This document shows positions 21,675 to 24,786 of a DNA stretch of 24,786 nt, piece after piece (the first letter of the stretch is position 1; the number at the start of each line of letters is the position of its first letter). The DNA is taken from positions 496,001 through 520,786 of the forward strand of contig JASTWF010000340.1 in NCBI GenBank assembly GCA_030390025.1, given 5' to 3'. The DNA comes from Squalus acanthias (taxonomy: Eukaryota). The notes under the pieces were generated by a model, which saw nothing but the letters and a program-made list of their open reading frames with translations, made no database searches and was not told where the DNA came from. Made by a program: the position numbers and the translations under genes.

Positions 21675-24600
21675 TAACTGCCCTGGGAATGTTTGAGGGG
21701 ACAGTGTCACTGGAGCTTTACGCTGTATCTAAACGGTGCTGTACCTGCCCTGAGAGTGTTTGATGGAACAGTGTAGAGGGATCTTTTTTCTGTATCTAAC
21801 CCGTGATGTACCTGCCCTGGGACTGTTTGATGCGACAGTGTAGAGGGAGCTTTACAGGGTAACTAAATTGTGCCGTACCTGTCCTGGGAGTGTTTGATGG
21901 GAGAGTGAAGAGGGAGCTTCAATCTGTATCTAACCCGTGCTGTACCTGCCCTGGGAGTGTTTGAGTGTCTCACTCCCTCTCTCTCTCCATGTCGCTCCCT
22001 CTCTCTCTCTCTCTCCATTTCGCTCCCTCTGTCTTTCTGTCTCTAAATGTCTATTCCACTCTCTCTCTCTTTCGCTCCTTCCCCTCTCTGCTGCCGTCCA
22101 TCTCCTCATCTCTCGCTCTCTTCGTCTATTCTGTCAACACGCTACCTCTATCCCTAATTTTCTCCTTCTCCCTGTGCACCTGTCTTTCTTTCTCTCTCCC
22201 TCTCTCTCTGTTTCCGCTCTGATTTGTGTCTTGATTGAAAATTACCCTGAAATATTTCAGCCTGACTGTTTAAATAACAACACATTTCTGCGACATTTTT
22301 TAAATCTTAAGCATAGGGCTCGGAATCTGTTGGCTATATCAGGTTTCACGATATTTGAGTGATTAAAATTGACAGGGATATTGATACAGAGAATGTTTCA
22401 GACATTCCTGCTTGTGGAAAGATGTGAGATCTTTGTATTAGCAGGAAATGGGATTGTTGAAAGGAGATGCGGATTTTGTTTGTTTGTATAAGGTGAGAAT
22501 CAGATCGTGTCTGACTAACTTTAAACTCTTCAAACACATGAAGGAACTAGAGATGGGGGCAATACACAAACCTGAGACCCCAGACAAGGGCCGAAGGAAG
22601 GTTGGTTCACAGATTAACCATTCTCCAGTCTGATTGTTTCGGTGTGATGTCATTCTGGAGGCCTGGGCAAACATACAGAAAGCACGAGTTCAAATCCCAC
22701 CCTGGGCTGTTGTGAATTTGAATTCTGTTCTTTTGAAATAAAATAAATCTGGAATAAAAAAACTTCGAAAACAGAATGACTCACTCCCGCCTGGTCCTGT
22801 GCAGCCGAGTGTGCCGGACAGCACAAGGCGGGAGTGAATTGTTGCCTTTTACCCGCTGTGTGTACTGTCTAAAGATACAGATTAAAGTCTGTATATTTTG
22901 GTGTTTGTGTGTGTGTGTATGTTGGAGATGGATTTTGGATATATTTTAAGATGGAGATCTAAAGATAAAAATAAGGAGCGTTTAAAATCGGGGTTGTTAA
23001 TAGAAACAAGATTTATGTAATGAAGTATAAGAATTGCAGGAACCTACTTTAGAAGAAAGCACTCTTTGTTAATTGAGAAAGACACAGAAAATACGTTGAT
23101 TAAATTGATAACGTACAATTTAATTTGGATTGAATGTTTGAAATAGGAGATTAAAAATTGAGAGAACAATGACGTTTGTTTGTTTGTTTCCCGCTTTTCG
23201 TGGGGAAGAACCTAAAATAATTCTACTCTTTTCATGATAAGAGCAGGGATTAATATTTTGGAGAATGTCTGAGAGAAAAACATTAGAAGCGAAATAGGTA
23301 AATTATAAATCTTTAATTTAACATATGAATAAACATCTCCAAGTCAGTCTGACTGGTTCTGCTGTCCAGGAAGAAAGACAGATGATTATTTATGTTCAGT
23401 CATAGCTTTTCCTGCTTTGTGTTTATAATGAAGTGACGCATATTTTGTTTATATTTGTGAATTGTAAATTAACAACAATAAGTCACATTTCTGTGACAAT
23501 TTTTACGTCTTAAAATATTGCATTTGTGGCTCAGAATCAGTATGATATCTTTGCAGAGGCAGGAAATGGCATTGTTGATTGGAGGCGCAGTTTTTGCCCA
23601 GGTCAGCACCCTGGCCAGGGACATGCTTTTCCTGATCTGCTGCATCCTGTGTAGATCAGCAACAAGTTAAGGTGTTCATATTAATCGCCCCAAGACAATG
23701 AAATGGGTAAACAATGTCTGACCAACGCCAGAGACTTCAAGCGCAGGAGATGGTGGAATATATAAAACCCAAGGTTCCCAGAACAGATGAGGCAGCAGGT
23801 GTTGGCACACATTCTAGTTCTGCATCTCTTGTGTCTTTGAAGCAGGTTCAGTTTAACTTTAAAATGACTCTCTCAAATAATAGGCCTGGGAAAGATCCTG
23901 ACAGAAATTAAGAACAGACATTCTGAGAGTTTCAAAGAGAGAGGTGTAGAGATTTCAAGAAATACAAAATTATTAAGTAATAAAGGAAAGGTACAGATAG
24001 ATACAGAAATATAAAGCGATATCGATATACAGAGAGACACATAGAGAGAGATGTACAGAGATATAAAGAAAACAGTAGAAATACAGAGCTATAATGAAAA
24101 ACATTACAGATACAGCACACCAGTCTTTGTACAATCTGCGCGTGTGCCCCAGTGGTCTCAGAATGTAGCCCAGGGACCCTCACAGCCTGTCTCTCCAAAT
24201 CTACTTAAAACATCTTTCATTCTCTTATTTCATCACTCCCAAATTCCCAGCGAACCAGTGAGAGAAAATGAGGACCAGAAAGCAGATAGTAAGAAATACA
24301 AAGACAGCGATCAAGAAAAGAAGTATAAAGAGTTATGGAGAGATTAAGGTGCAGAAAGAAATTAAAGGAGAGATGGAGAGAGAGGTAAAGAGAAAGATGG
24401 AGAACTAAAGATAAAAATATGGAACGATTAAATTCGGGGATGCGCAAGAGGCCAGTATTGGAGGAGCGCAGAGATCTCAAAGGGCTGTAGGGACGGAGGA
24501 GGCTACAGCGATAGGGAGGGGCAAGGCGAATACTAAAATTGAAGCGTTGCCAGGCCGGGAGCCAATGTCGGTCAGCGAGCACAGGGTTGATCGGTGAAAG

Positions 24601-24786
24601 GGACTTGGTGCGAATTAGGAGAAACAAAGGCATGGATAAAGGTTTGAGCAGGTCACTCTGAAATTTCACGTCAAAAACCTGCTGGCAGGTTCAGCACTGG
24701 TTAGATACAGTTTAAAGCTGTCTCTACACTGTCCCATCAAATACTCAGTGGGTCAGTACAGCACTGGTTAGATACAGATTAAAGCT
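21675..24786 (+). repeat. Segmental duplication unit B (runs to window end)
   Basis: Same order as unit A: 67-bp units, CT tract, SINE fragment, hairpin, AT-rich segment, GA tract, L2 fragment, inverted 67-bp units. Confidence 0.96.
24420..24660 (-). mobile_element. L2 LINE RT C-terminal fragment
   Basis: ORF 24217-24669 contains TKSLSPINPVLADRHWLP, LAPPY and PYSPLRSLRSSNTGLLRIP, which match L2-clade motifs (ITPVLxxLHWLP, LAPPYL, RSLRSS). Confidence 0.85.

Overview
Repeat-dense, non-genic vertebrate DNA. The repeat families look like those of cartilaginous fishes (shark/ray); this is inferred from family resemblance, not from a search. I see no intact host gene, RNA gene or CRISPR array. Contents: three tandem-repeat families (~30 bp G-rich at 1-3110, 67 bp at 6746-7640 plus dispersed copies, ~30 bp C-rich at ~7860-9540); one nearly full-length but dead CR1 LINE (9541-13810; ORF1 Zn-finger/leucine zipper/SGNH esterase, ORF2 APE+RT); several 5'-truncated and nested CR1 copies; two Penelope-like terminal fragments with hammerhead-ribozyme-like cores; a ~757 bp palindrome-rich TIR element inserted in a CR1; two tandem CTCF-like sites; and a recent ~4.4 kb-period tandem duplication (17250-24786), part of which has an older inverted homologue at ~4500-4945. 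The best leads are the TIR/palindrome element, the hammerhead motifs, the CTCF pair and the architecture of the duplicated unit. None amounts to a demonstrated new system.
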